Source of the DNA: Dehalococcoidia bacterium
GTDB taxonomy: Bacteria; Chloroflexota; Dehalococcoidia; Plut-88900
NCBI GenBank assembly: GCA_965197585.1
Contig: OZ240215.1
Coordinates: forward strand, 1,184,001 to 1,248,000
DNA length: 64,000 nt
Direction of reading: 5' to 3'
Both the position numbers and the translations under genes were made by a program. Within the stretch, counting starts at the first letter, position 1. Each line of letters starts with the position of its first letter. Below the pieces are notes generated by a model. The model ran no database searches. It saw only the letters and a list, made by a program, of their open reading frames with translations, and was not told the origin of the DNA. Positions 20,513 through 30,298 of the stretch are shown one piece after another.

Positions 20513-21661
20513 ATAGGCCGCAGCAACTCCGTCTCCACCTACCCCTCCCCCGAGAAAGCCCTCCTCGTCGGAGCCGCCGTCCGAGGCGTCGGAGGCCTCT
20601 GGCGCCTCCAGGACTCCCTCGACGAACTCGCCCTCCTCACCAAAAGCGCCGGCGCACAGGTCGTAGGTACCATCTCCCAGCAACTCCCGAGACCCAGCCA
20701 CACCTATCTAGGCAAGGGCAAACTGGAAGAAGTTAAGACCCTGAAGGGCGAGCTTCACTACCAGACCGTCATCGTAGACGACGAGCTCACCCCTTCCCAG
20801 CAGAGAGTTCTCGAAGACAGGCTAAAAACAAAGGTCATCGACCGCACCGCCCTCATCCTCGACGTTTTCGCCTCCCGAGCCCGCACCCGAGAAGGTTGCC
20901 TCCAGGTCGAGCTTGCTCAGCATGAATACCTCCTCCCTCGGCTCGCGGGCCAGTGGAAACACCTCGAACGGCTCGGCGGGGGCATCGGCACCCGGGGCCC
21001 CGGCGAGTCCCAGCTGGAGACCGACCGCCGCCTCGTACGCAGCAAGATTCACCGTCTCAAGCAGGAGATCGAGGACGTCAGGACCCACCGCAACCTCTAT
21101 CGGGAGGATAGGCGCAGGCGAGGCCTGCCAATCGTCGCCCTCGTCGGCTACACCAACTCCGGCAAGAGCACCTTGCTAAACACCTTGACCGGCGCCGGAG
21201 TCCTCGCTGCCGACAAGCTATTCGCCACCCTTGACCCCGTCACCCGCCGCTGGCACATCGATCTCCTAGGCCAAGTCCTCCTGACCGACACCGTCGGCTT
21301 CATCCAAAAGCTCCCCGCCATCCTGGTAGCCGCCTTCCGTGCAACCCTCGAAGAGCTTGCAGACGCTGACCTTCTCCTCCACGTCGTCGACGTCGTCCAC
21401 CCCAACGCTCCTGAGCACGTCGAGGAAGTCCAGAAAATCCTCGGAGAGCTAAACCTGGCTCACAAGCCCGCCATAGTAGTTCTCAACAAGATGGACCTCT
21501 TCCCCTCCAACGGAAGTAGTCCCTCCAATGGCACCCCTGACCCCGACTGGTGGGGCATGCCCGATGACATGGTCGCCATCTCCGCCCTCCGAGGCACCGG
21601 GCTCCCCGACCTCAGAAAGCTCATAGTCGACAAACTCTCAACCACCGCCGCCGTCGTCTAG
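20513..21661 (+). CDS. hflX: GTPase HflX with probable non-canonical ATA start
   Basis: Frame is open from TAA 20453-20455 to TAG 21661 and encodes SLDELALL, YLGKGK, DELTPSQQ, IDRTALILDVF, GPGESQLETDRR, GYTNSGKS, LFATLD, DTVGF, NKMD. AGGAGGT at 20502-20508 precedes ATA at 20513. Confidence 0.93.
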   Translation: MGRSNSVSTYPSPEKALLVGAAVRGVGGLWRLQDSLDELALLTKSAGAQVVGTISQQLPRPSHTYLGKGKLEEVKTLKGELHYQTVIVDDELTPSQQRVLEDRLKTKVIDRTALILDVFASRARTREGCLQVELAQHEYLLPRLAGQWKHLERLGGGIGTRGPGESQLETDRRLVRSKIHRLKQEIEDVRTHRNLYREDRRRRGLPIVALVGYTNSGKSTLLNTLTGAGVLAADKLFATLDPVTRRWHIDLLGQVLLTDTVGFIQKLPAILVAAFRATLEELADADLLLHVVDVVHPNAPEHVEEVQKILGELNLAHKPAIVVLNKMDLFPSNGSSPSNGTPDPDWWGMPDDMVAISALRGTGLPDLRKLIVDKLSTTAAVV

Positions 21662-21707
21662 CCCCCTCCCCCATCCAACACTCCCTCCCCCCGCCCCTTC
21701 CCCCACT

Positions 21708-21734
21708 GTCATTCCGAGGCTCCGCGAGGAATCT
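21708..21734 (+). repeat. REP-like palindrome family A (GTCATYCC-N-GGRATCY)
   Basis: GTCATTCCGAGGCTCCGCGAGGAATCT is identical at 36353-36379, with a shared AGGACTTGCCCACTCAC tail. Variants at 26738, 27976, 28117, 40277, 48435, 48475, and a split copy at 38974/40038. Confidence 0.85.
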
Positions 21735-21969
21735 AGGACTTGCCCACTCACATCTCCCACTATCTCTATGATACCGTTACACGACCCTCCCTCCAGTGTA
21801 GCCTTGGTGTTTGTGGAGGTCATATCCCCTCTCCCTTGACGGGTCGCAGATGCGCCGAGGCGTGAGAGGGCTAGGGTGAGGGTGATCCCGTCCCCAAAAG
21901 AACAATTACACAACCCCCCAATGAAACAACGCACCAACCAGTCCAAAAGTCCGCTAGGAATCACATAAC

Positions 21970-23292
21970 ATGGGCTGGCCTGAACATTACCACTCCAGAA
22001 CAGCCCCCTTGGAAGAGGCGGTCTCTCACGTATGTTCGGGGAACCGAGTCGCCATCACCCTCGGCGAAGAACCCCGCCTCCTGTCCGCAGGCCTCCAGGC
22101 CCGAGCTGGGGAGATCGAAAATGTCATCATTCAGTGTGCGGGCCCCGCTAACGAGCTCGGCTGGTTTGACCCGGGCATCGAATCCTCCTTCAACGTCCAG
22201 GTCCAGAACTCCTACCGCTACACCTATCGCCCTTTCCTCGACGACGGCCGCGCCGAGTACATGCCCTCGCTTTTCACCCTCATGTTCAAGGGCATGGAGG
22301 AGCGTGGCCTCGAAGACCAGCGCCCCGACGTATTTTTCACCGTCGTCTCCCCACCCGACCAGAACGGCTTCTGCAGCTTCGGCCACAGCCTGTGGAACAA
22401 ACGCTCCTTCGCCGCCAGCGCTCGTATGGTCATCGCGGAGGTCGACCCGCGCACAATGAGGACTTACGGCACTAATAGTATCCACGTGACGGACATCGAC
22501 TACTTCGTCGAAAACCCGGACACCGGCCCCGTGCTCTACCACTCAATCCCGGATCCTGATGACGCCGTGCGGGAGATGGGCCGCCACGTGAGATCGCTCA
22601 TCCAAGATGGCGATACCATTCAGATTGGCTGGGGCCGTGTCGGCATGTCCCTGCCCCGAGCCGGTATCTTCGACGGGAAAAAGGATCTTGGCATACACAG
22701 CGAAGTCATGGCCCCCGGCATGCTCCCCCTCGTCGAGGAGGGCGTCCTCAACGGCAGTCGTAAGACCCTGAATCGAGGCAAAGCCGTCACGTCCGCCTTG
22801 GCAGGCGCAGGTCGGGAGATGGACCTTGCCCGGAACAACCCCAAAGTCGAGGTCCGGGATGTCGACTACACCAACGACCTCCGGGTCATCTCCGCCCACG
22901 ACAACATGGTCGCCATCAATGGTGCAGCCTCCGTGGACCTGTCAGGACAGATAAACGTTGAGTCCGCCGATGGCTCCCACCCCATCAACGGCCCCGGTGG
23001 TCAACAGGAGTTCGTCATCGGGGCCCTTGCCTCGAGAGGTGGCCGTTCCATAACCGTCCTCCGCTCCACGACTCGGGACGGCCAGTCCAGAATCGTCCCT
23101 ATCCTGGACGCCGGTGCCAGTGTCACCATCCCCCGCACCCTCGCCGACTACGTGGCCACCGAATACGGCGTCGCTTCCCTCCTCGGCAAGACCACATCAC
23201 AGCGCGCCCTAGCCCTCATAAACATCGCCCATCCCAACTTCCGAAAAGAGTTGGCCATCTTCCTTAAGAAACGTAACTATTCAACTCGTTAA
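21970..23292 (+). CDS. Acetyl-CoA hydrolase / 4-hydroxybutyrate CoA-transferase family protein
   Basis: VSPPDQNGFCSFG, IQDGDTIQIG, LGIHSE (catalytic Glu), GGQQEF, DYVATEYGVA, IAHPNFR. Confidence 0.88.
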   Translation: MGWPEHYHSRTAPLEEAVSHVCSGNRVAITLGEEPRLLSAGLQARAGEIENVIIQCAGPANELGWFDPGIESSFNVQVQNSYRYTYRPFLDDGRAEYMPSLFTLMFKGMEERGLEDQRPDVFFTVVSPPDQNGFCSFGHSLWNKRSFAASARMVIAEVDPRTMRTYGTNSIHVTDIDYFVENPDTGPVLYHSIPDPDDAVREMGRHVRSLIQDGDTIQIGWGRVGMSLPRAGIFDGKKDLGIHSEVMAPGMLPLVEEGVLNGSRKTLNRGKAVTSALAGAGREMDLARNNPKVEVRDVDYTNDLRVISAHDNMVAINGAASVDLSGQINVESADGSHPINGPGGQQEFVIGALASRGGRSITVLRSTTRDGQSRIVPILDAGASVTIPRTLADYVATEYGVASLLGKTTSQRALALINIAHPNFRKELAIFLKKRNYSTR

Positions 23293-23350
23293 TCTGCATA
23301 TCGCTTGGCAATTATGGGAAAATGCAGTTCCAAATACCCTCTCCTTTAAC

Positions 23351-23481
23351 GAGACCTTTGCATGAACTCTGTTGGAGGGGCCGGGGCCGCTCGTGCTGAG
23401 GCTCTCGAAGTATGAGCGGGGGCGGCGATTCGGTCATCAGGATGGCACAATAGAGGGAATGCTCAGTTACGCTAAGGTTTC
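23351..23481 (+). mobile_element. TIR-bounded non-autonomous mini-element (MITE-like) inside a family C palindrome, carrying a family B palindrome
   Basis: GAGACCTTTGCATGAAC...GTTACGCTAAGGTTTC flanked by TTAAC/TTGAC. Family B copy at 23387-23419. Confidence 0.7.
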
Positions 23482-23553
23482 TTGACGTGAGGGGGCCAAG
23501 GCCGAAGACTCGCCGAGTAGATTGAGGGCATTCCTATTCCCCGGAGGCACGAA

Positions 23554-24321
23554 ATGACACAAACAATGACCGGCAAAGTAGCCCTCGTTACCGGAGCAGG
23601 CTCCGGCCTCGGCCGAGCCTCCGCCATAATCTTCGCCCGTGAAGGTGCCCAAGTCGTCGTCTCCGACATCGACGAGACCGGCGGCACGGAAACGGTCAGC
23701 CTGATTCGAGAAGCCGGCGGCGAAGCAACCTTCGTCTCCTGTGACGTCACCAGCGTCGAGCAGGTCGACACCCTTGTCGCCAAGACTATCGACCTCTACG
23801 GCCGCCTCGACTGCGCTCACAACAACGCCGGCGGCGGTGGAGGATTGGGCAGGCCCATGACTCACGAGGTTGCCGTCCGAGACTGGTTGCACGTAATCGA
23901 AATAAACCTGAACAGCATCTGGTACTGCATGAGGCGCGAGATTCCCATAATGCTCGAACAGGGCGCGGGGGCGATAGTAAACACCTCTTCGATTTACGGC
24001 ATCGCCGGGGCAGTCGGCACAGCCGCTTACGTTGCTGGAAAGCACGGGGTCGTCGGACTTACCAAGGCTGCCGCCCTCGAATACGCCGACCAAGGACTCC
24101 GAGTCAACGCCGTTTGCCCCGCCCACGTCCCCACCACCTCCGTACAAAAGCTCATGGATGACGACCCCGGCCTCGAGCCCTGGGTCTCGGGCCTCTCACC
24201 CTCCGGCAGGATGGGCCGCCCCGAGGAGATCGGCGAGACCGTGGTCTGGCTCTGCTCAGACGCCGCTTCCTTCGTCACCGGCCACGCCATGCCCGTAGAC
24301 GGTGGCTGGACCGCCCAATAA
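23554..24321 (+). CDS. Classical SDR oxidoreductase
   Basis: TGAGSGLG, HNNAG, YVAGKHGV, VDGGWTAQ. Confidence 0.93.
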   Translation: MTQTMTGKVALVTGAGSGLGRASAIIFAREGAQVVVSDIDETGGTETVSLIREAGGEATFVSCDVTSVEQVDTLVAKTIDLYGRLDCAHNNAGGGGGLGRPMTHEVAVRDWLHVIEINLNSIWYCMRREIPIMLEQGAGAIVNTSSIYGIAGAVGTAAYVAGKHGVVGLTKAAALEYADQGLRVNAVCPAHVPTTSVQKLMDDDPGLEPWVSGLSPSGRMGRPEEIGETVVWLCSDAASFVTGHAMPVDGGWTAQ

Positions 24322-24384
24322 CTCCCCTCCTGAATCCCCCTCCCCTGTCCCGTAGGGGCGACCGGCGGTCGCCCTCCCCGTCCC

Positions 24385-25584
24385 CTAACCCGCCACGTAC
24401 AATTCCCGCGCCTCCTCCGTCAACACCTCACATCCGTCCTCCGTAATCGCAATCGTCTCACTCAGCCCCACCCCAAACTTGCGCGGCACGCGGAACATGA
24501 TCGGCAGGTGGAACGTCATCCCCGGCCGCAGCACCTCGTCATTCCCCTCCGCGATGAACGTTGCTCCGTCCGCCCAGGTCGGCGGAAACCCGGCCCCGAC
24601 ACTGTATCCGCAGATTCCCATAAACCACATCTCATCCTCGAGCCCCGCGTACCCCTTGTGTGCGTCCCGAGCCACGTCGTGCGACGTTCGCCCGCCCTTC
24701 GCCCCCTCTATCACCAGGTCCAAGGTCGTTTTCACTGCCTCCCCGATTTTCCGAACCTCGTCCGACGGCTCTCCCAGCACTCCCGTCCTCATTATTGGGG
24801 CGTTGTACCTGTGGTAACACGCGCTGTATTCGAAGAATGCAACCTCTCCTTTGTTAAGGGCCAGCCTTCGGAATGTCGTATGGTGCCAGCTTGTCCGATA
24901 CCCGGTCGTCACAATAGGCGGTGTTGACATAAACTCACTACCACCACCGATAAGCTTCGCATACCCGACCTCTGCGAGGTCGTTGTCGGTAACACCCGGC
25001 GCTATAGCCTGCAGCGACGCATTGATCCCCTCTACCGTCATCCGACCTGCTTCCCGCATGTATTCAATCTCCGTCGCCGACTTGATCTTCCGCACTCTCT
25101 CCACGAGCCCCGAGGCATCAACGAATGAGGCGTTAGGCGCCGCTCGGCCCAATTCCTCCACCAGGCCGGGGATCGGGCCCCCGCGTGCCATCTCTATTCC
25201 CAGTCTCTTACCTCCCAGCCCCCGCGCCTCGAGCATCCCTGCCACCTTTGATGCGATCAAATCGCCTTCGTTCCAAGCAAAGCTGACTACATCCTCCACC
25301 CACCCCGATAAGATCGCCGCAGGTATCTCGCACGACGCCGTCACCACGCCCGGTTCCCCGTCCGCTGGAATCACGAGAGCCGTCAGGTTGGAGATCGAAA
25401 ACGTGTAGTACCCCGATAGATAGTGCAAGTTCGCCGGCGAGACCACTATCAACCCATCCAGCCCGTCTTTCCCCATCTCCGCCCGGACCTTGGCCACCCG
25501 CTCGTCGTACTCATCCTGCGTAAAGGGAAGTTCCTTCTCAATCGGGCCGCTCCGAAGCAATCGCATGTACTCGACATGGTCCAT
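24385..25584 (-). CDS. M24-fold hydrolase, creatinase / ectoine hydrolase (DoeA)-like
   Basis: N-terminal creatinase domain (EYDERV, NLHYLSGY), KSATEI, YNAPIMRT, GYSVGAGFPPTW, GMTFH, LSETI. Confidence 0.8.
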   Translation of the reverse strand: MDHVEYMRLLRSGPIEKELPFTQDEYDERVAKVRAEMGKDGLDGLIVVSPANLHYLSGYYTFSISNLTALVIPADGEPGVVTASCEIPAAILSGWVEDVVSFAWNEGDLIASKVAGMLEARGLGGKRLGIEMARGGPIPGLVEELGRAAPNASFVDASGLVERVRKIKSATEIEYMREAGRMTVEGINASLQAIAPGVTDNDLAEVGYAKLIGGGSEFMSTPPIVTTGYRTSWHHTTFRRLALNKGEVAFFEYSACYHRYNAPIMRTGVLGEPSDEVRKIGEAVKTTLDLVIEGAKGGRTSHDVARDAHKGYAGLEDEMWFMGICGYSVGAGFPPTWADGATFIAEGNDEVLRPGMTFHLPIMFRVPRKFGVGLSETIAITEDGCEVLTEEARELYVAG

Positions 25585-25738
25585 CTGTTCCGTTCTCCTC
25601 TCAGGCTGACGCACAGGTTCCGGGCCCAAACCAACGGCCACATTCTACACCAGCCCCCCGGCCCCACCCCGCCCTTGCTATATAATCTCCCCGAGTAATA
25701 AGCGCCCACTCGCCGACCCAAAGACAGCCTTACCCCTA

Positions 25739-26656
25739 ATGAACATCGATCACCTGACAACCTACCTGGAAGTGGTCAAACGTGGCTCTTTTTCGGGCGC
25801 TGCCAAGCATCTCGGCCTCACCCAGCCCGGCGTCAGCCAGCAGGTTCGACGGCTGGAGAATGATCTAGGTGTCCCCCTTCTCGACCGACGGGAACGACGC
25901 GTCGTCATGACCGGTGCCGGCCGCGAGTTTCACCGCTTCGCATCCCGAGTCCTCTCCGCCCGCTCCGACTTCGACGAGAAGCTCAAAGACCTAACCGGCC
26001 AGATCAGTGGCCGGCTCGCCTTGGGAGCAAGCACCGTCCCCGGCGAGTTCATTCTCCCCGGCCTCCTCGCCGGCTTCATTGCCCTCCATCCCGCCGTCGA
26101 GGCCTCCGTCGAAATCGGAGACACTAGCAACATCACCGACATGGTCCGCACCGCCGAGTGTGACCTCGGATTCGTCGGCGCCCGGGTCTCCCATCGAGGT
26201 ATAAAGCAGGAGCCCTTCCTTGAAGACGAGCTGGTCCTGATAGTTCCCTCCTCACACCGGCTTGCAGAGAAGAAGAGCATCGCCATCTCAGACTTGGGGC
26301 AGGAGCGCCTCATCACCCGTGAACGAGGCTCCGGAACCATGCAGAACGTATATGCCATGCTCGAAAAAGCAGGCTTCGACCCCCGAAGCTGGCGTCACGC
26401 CCAGGTTTTCGGGAGCACCCAGGCCATCATCTCCGCCGTGGAAGCGGGCCTGGGTGTCGCCTTTGTATCAGAGTTCGCCGCCCGAGCCCCCATCGCTTCC
26501 CAACACATCTCCGGCCTCAGGATCGAGGGTGCCCCCCTCAAGCGCCAACTATACATAACATATATCGACAGAAACTCCCCAACCCGCCTCCAAAGGGAAT
26601 TCCTCTCATTCTCCCTAACCTGGGCCAAAGAAAACAGTCCTATCCCCTCTTCATGA
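25739..26656 (+). CDS. LysR-family transcriptional regulator (CysL-like)
   Basis: HTH SFSGAAKHLGLTQPGVSQQVRRLE, GASTVPGEF, RERGSGT. Divergent from the M24 gene. Confidence 0.92.
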   Translation: MNIDHLTTYLEVVKRGSFSGAAKHLGLTQPGVSQQVRRLENDLGVPLLDRRERRVVMTGAGREFHRFASRVLSARSDFDEKLKDLTGQISGRLALGASTVPGEFILPGLLAGFIALHPAVEASVEIGDTSNITDMVRTAECDLGFVGARVSHRGIKQEPFLEDELVLIVPSSHRLAEKKSIAISDLGQERLITRERGSGTMQNVYAMLEKAGFDPRSWRHAQVFGSTQAIISAVEAGLGVAFVSEFAARAPIASQHISGLRIEGAPLKRQLYITYIDRNSPTRLQREFLSFSLTWAKENSPIPSS

Positions 26657-26876
26657 CAAGACCTGTGGCATATAACCTGTGCTGGCGGGGCCGCTCGTGC
26701 TGTCGTAGATCCGCCGAAGTGTGACTCTTATATAACCGTCATTCCCGTGAAAACGGGAATCCAGGGCCGACAATGCACGATTGATTAGAATAAACAAGAT
26801 GCCATATTTGGTCCCGCTCTGGGTGTTACGCACAGGTCTCTAGATGGGACAGGGATAAGTTGATGGTGCAATCCAA

Positions 26877-27860
26877 ATGACCAACCCCCAACTCATACAA
26901 AACCTCCTGGCCGGAGACAAACGCGCCCTCGCCCGAGCCATCACAATCGTTGAACGCGCCGGCCCCGACGCCCGAGACCTCATCCACAGCATCAGCGCCC
27001 ACGTTGGCCGCTCCTATACCGTCGGCATCACCGGCTCCCCCGGCGCGGGCAAGAGCACCTTAGTCGATAGAATAACCTCCGACCTCAGGACCAGGGGCTG
27101 GAACGGTTCACCTGACCCAAAGGTCGGCATCCTTGCCGCAGACCCCACCAGTCCCTTCACCGGAGGAGCCATCCTCGCCGACCGCGTGCGCATGCAGCGC
27201 CACTACAAGGACCCCGGCGTCTACATCCGCAGCATGGCCACCCGAGGCAGCCAGGGCGGCCTTCCCAGGTCCACCCGAGACGCCATGAAGCTCCTGGACG
27301 TTTACGGCATGGACGTAACTATCGTCGAGACTGTGGGCGTCGGGCAGGCTGAGCTCGATATCATGGGCCTCGCCGACACAGTTATCGTTGCCCTCGTACC
27401 CGAAGGCGGCGATGCGATGCAGGCCATGAAGGCCGGCCTAATGGAGATCGCCGACCTCTTCGTCGTCAACAAGGCCGACCGCCCTGGCGCCGACGCCGTA
27501 GTCCGAGACATTTCCGCCGTCATCAGCTGGGACACCCGTCCGCGGGAATGGATTCCCAGGGTCATGTCCACCAAGGCTGTCGAGAATGTAGGAATCGACA
27601 AGCTGGTCGACTCCATAGGCGAGCACAAAGGAGCCGCGGAGAAGTCGGGGCTCCTGGCCCGGCGAAGAAGCGAACGCCGCAAGCAGGAGCTCTTCGAAAT
27701 CATCAGAGACAGAGTCGGCCAGGAAGCTCACCTCGTCATCTCCTCCAACCCGGACCTGGCCAACCTAGTCCAACAAGTCGAATCCGCCACCCTGGACCCC
27801 CACACCGCCGCCCAAACCGTCCTCCAGGCCATCCTCAACCCCAAAACCCACCCCCCCTAG
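26877..27860 (+). CDS. meaB: Methylmalonyl-CoA mutase-associated GTPase MeaB/ArgK
   Basis: ALARAIT, GSPGAGKST, DPTSPFTGGAILADRVRM, VETVGVGQ, KAGLMEIAD, NKAD. Confidence 0.92.
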   Translation: MTNPQLIQNLLAGDKRALARAITIVERAGPDARDLIHSISAHVGRSYTVGITGSPGAGKSTLVDRITSDLRTRGWNGSPDPKVGILAADPTSPFTGGAILADRVRMQRHYKDPGVYIRSMATRGSQGGLPRSTRDAMKLLDVYGMDVTIVETVGVGQAELDIMGLADTVIVALVPEGGDAMQAMKAGLMEIADLFVVNKADRPGADAVVRDISAVISWDTRPREWIPRVMSTKAVENVGIDKLVDSIGEHKGAAEKSGLLARRRSERRKQELFEIIRDRVGQEAHLVISSNPDLANLVQQVESATLDPHTAAQTVLQAILNPKTHPP

Positions 27861-28518
27861 GACCTAGCCCCCAGGAACCGGGCCGCATCTCCTCCTCCGT
27901 AGTGGCAAACCCTCGTGGTTGCCTAGCCCCTTGACCCAAAGCACCTGATTCCAAGCCACATTACGCCCTTTATATGTCATCCCGATGCCCCGCGAGGGAT
28001 CTAAAGCGCCAGCCCACCACCCAGCTACTTGTTTGTCCCATCACTCCTGCTTCGGAGCTGAGCCCTTTCTCCAGTAGATGAGCAATCTCCCTGCCACCCC
28101 GAGCCCCCTTAGCCGTGTCATCCCGAGGCTCCGCGAGGGATCTAGGGCATCAGTCCACCACTCAACCCCTTCCCTAAAAACACCCCTCCCCCCACCCCCC
28201 AACAAACCCCCATAGCACTTCGCACTATATCTGTTATGTCTCCCACATACAGTTGAAGCACTAATCACTAGACATAAGGACACATATAACTGTTGTCAAC
28301 CTAGCCCTTTGAACTCCGGTACACCTCCCCGATGTCAGCGACGTGCAACCACCTAAACATCCTTCTATTTAGCCATGATTTCAATATCCTGACCGACCCA
28401 AGCAATTCACTTCCTGCCGGATGACCAATGCCCGAAAGAGCAAAAACGCAGTAAACTAGGGGCCATTATGTTGCGCACTGAGCTTATGTCAACGTTTTCG
28501 CGAAGTTGACGCCCCACT

Positions 28519-29163
28519 TCAACCCTCCCCTTCCCCCGGCTTCTTTATCTTGTAGTACATCCGGGGCTCCGTCCCATCGATGATGTTCTTGATTCTCGGC
28601 GCGTGTTTTATGAAGATGATCGCCGACAAGATCCCCACCGGTATCGCCGTGTCCGGGAAGACGAATACCCCGACCAACGCCGCCGCCACCGTCCCCAATA
28701 TTTGACCCGCGACCATCAGCCTCGTCAACGCGACGGTTACCAGGAACGTCGGAATCCACACTCCCGCCAACGCCGGCTCTATGAACAGAAGTACCGGGGC
28801 CGCCGTCGCTAACCCTTTGCCACCCTTCAGTTTCAGGAAGATCGAGTAGTTGTGCCCGACTATCGCCGTGATCCCTCCCACAGTCATCGCCAGCTCCGGT
28901 TCATAGCCGAACCCCACCGCCACCCCCCACCCCAGCAACAGTGCCAGCGCCCCTTTTCCCATGTCGCCCAGCAGCACCACCAGCGTCAACTTCTTCGAGT
29001 TCGTTGCCCTCAGCGTGTTCATCGTCCCGACGTTCCCCGTGCCCAGGGCCATCACGTCTCGCCCCGTGAACCGTTTTACCACTATGACTGCTGTCGGAAT
29101 CGAGCCTATCACGTAGGCCGCGATTGCGATGGGTATCAACGCTTGGATGGTGGCTTCGTCCAT
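28519..29163 (-). CDS. plsY: Glycerol-3-phosphate acyltransferase PlsY
   Basis: AYVIGSIP, GTGNVGTMN, DMGKG, GHNYSIFLKLKGGKGLAT, KHAPRI. Confidence 0.88.
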   Translation of the reverse strand: MDEATIQALIPIAIAAYVIGSIPTAVIVVKRFTGRDVMALGTGNVGTMNTLRATNSKKLTLVVLLGDMGKGALALLLGWGVAVGFGYEPELAMTVGGITAIVGHNYSIFLKLKGGKGLATAAPVLLFIEPALAGVWIPTFLVTVALTRLMVAGQILGTVAAALVGVFVFPDTAIPVGILSAIIFIKHAPRIKNIIDGTEPRMYYKIKKPGEGEG

Positions 29164-29306
29164 AGAACGCTCCTGTTCGAAGGGGTGCAAAATGCGCACA
29201 GGGGAGGTGGGTCATTCTAACATAGCAGCCCCGACTCCCCGCTCCCTGCCTAATTGTGGCCTCCAAACCGAGAGTGCTAACATGATGACTCGGAGGCACT
29301 TCTAAA

Positions 29307-30062
29307 ATGCGTAAAGCAAAACTCCATCCCGCTCTTTCTGTCATGGCCATAGCCGCTCTAACTTGCGTTCTTGTCGCCGCAGCATGCGGCGTGGGTGGGC
29401 AGGAGGTCGCCACCACCGCGCCCTCCCCCACCCCACCCCCCGACCCATCCGTCATCCTCCAGGCCGCCGCAGACCGCTTCCAAGCGCTCCAGTTTTTCAC
29501 CTTCACCATGACCCACGAAAACGGCGGTACACCCATCGCCTTTGGCCTTCTGATGGAAGACGTCACAGGCCAGGTTGTAGCGCCTGACCGGCTTGAGGCC
29601 GAGGTCGGTGCCTGGGCCGGTGGATTCTTCTTCGACGTCTCCCTCATCGCCATAGGTGAGGAAACCTGGCTCACCAACCCATTCACCGATGAATTCGAGA
29701 TCATAGAGAAGGGAATAGTCAGCTCAGCCCTGCTCGACCCCGCAACCGGCATCAGCGGCATCATACGAGACGCCAAGGACCCCATTCTGGAGGGTGAGGC
29801 CTCTCTCGAAGGTATCTCCACCTACCACATCACCTCGGTCATCGACTCCGGGCAGCTGACCTCCATCGCCCCCGGCGCTGAGCCCGGCCTCCCCATAGAT
29901 GTCGGTATCTGGGTCGGGATAGACGACTCCCTGGTCTACAAAATCCACATGTTCGGCCCCATGTCCTCCGACGAGGACCCCAACATCACCAGGACCATCC
30001 TCCCCTCAGACTTCGATATCCCCGCCGAAATCGAACCCCCTCCTCTCAGCTCTGATTCTTGA
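29307..30062 (+). CDS. LppX/LprAFG-family lipoprotein (LprG-like)
   Basis: Lipobox VAAAC, Pro/Thr linker, LLDPATGISGII, GEASLEGISTYHI, IWVG, C-terminal FDIPAEIEPP. These follow the LppX_LprAFG pattern. Confidence 0.8.
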   Translation: MRKAKLHPALSVMAIAALTCVLVAAACGVGGQEVATTAPSPTPPPDPSVILQAAADRFQALQFFTFTMTHENGGTPIAFGLLMEDVTGQVVAPDRLEAEVGAWAGGFFFDVSLIAIGEETWLTNPFTDEFEIIEKGIVSSALLDPATGISGIIRDAKDPILEGEASLEGISTYHITSVIDSGQLTSIAPGAEPGLPIDVGIWVGIDDSLVYKIHMFGPMSSDEDPNITRTILPSDFDIPAEIEPPPLSSDS

Positions 30063-30298
30063 CCAATTCCCCCCAATGAGGCTTTTAAGCAACTATGCCA
30101 GACAAGGCAAGGATAAAGGTCTGATATCCCCTCTCCCTTGATGAAGCCCTTGCATAACCGTTATTCCCACTCCTCAGTCGGGCTCAATCCCGAGGGGTGG
30201 GGCATTCCGCTCGCCCTGAGCCGAGTCGAAGGGTCTCAAGAGCGGAATGGGTGGGGCGTCCCGCCCTCACACCAACACTTACGCAAAGCCGCACCCCC

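Noticed and set aside
26877-27860. Cobalamin riboswitch or mutase operon around meaB
   Set aside because: No mutase gene or B12-box is seen. The flanks are occupied by repeats.
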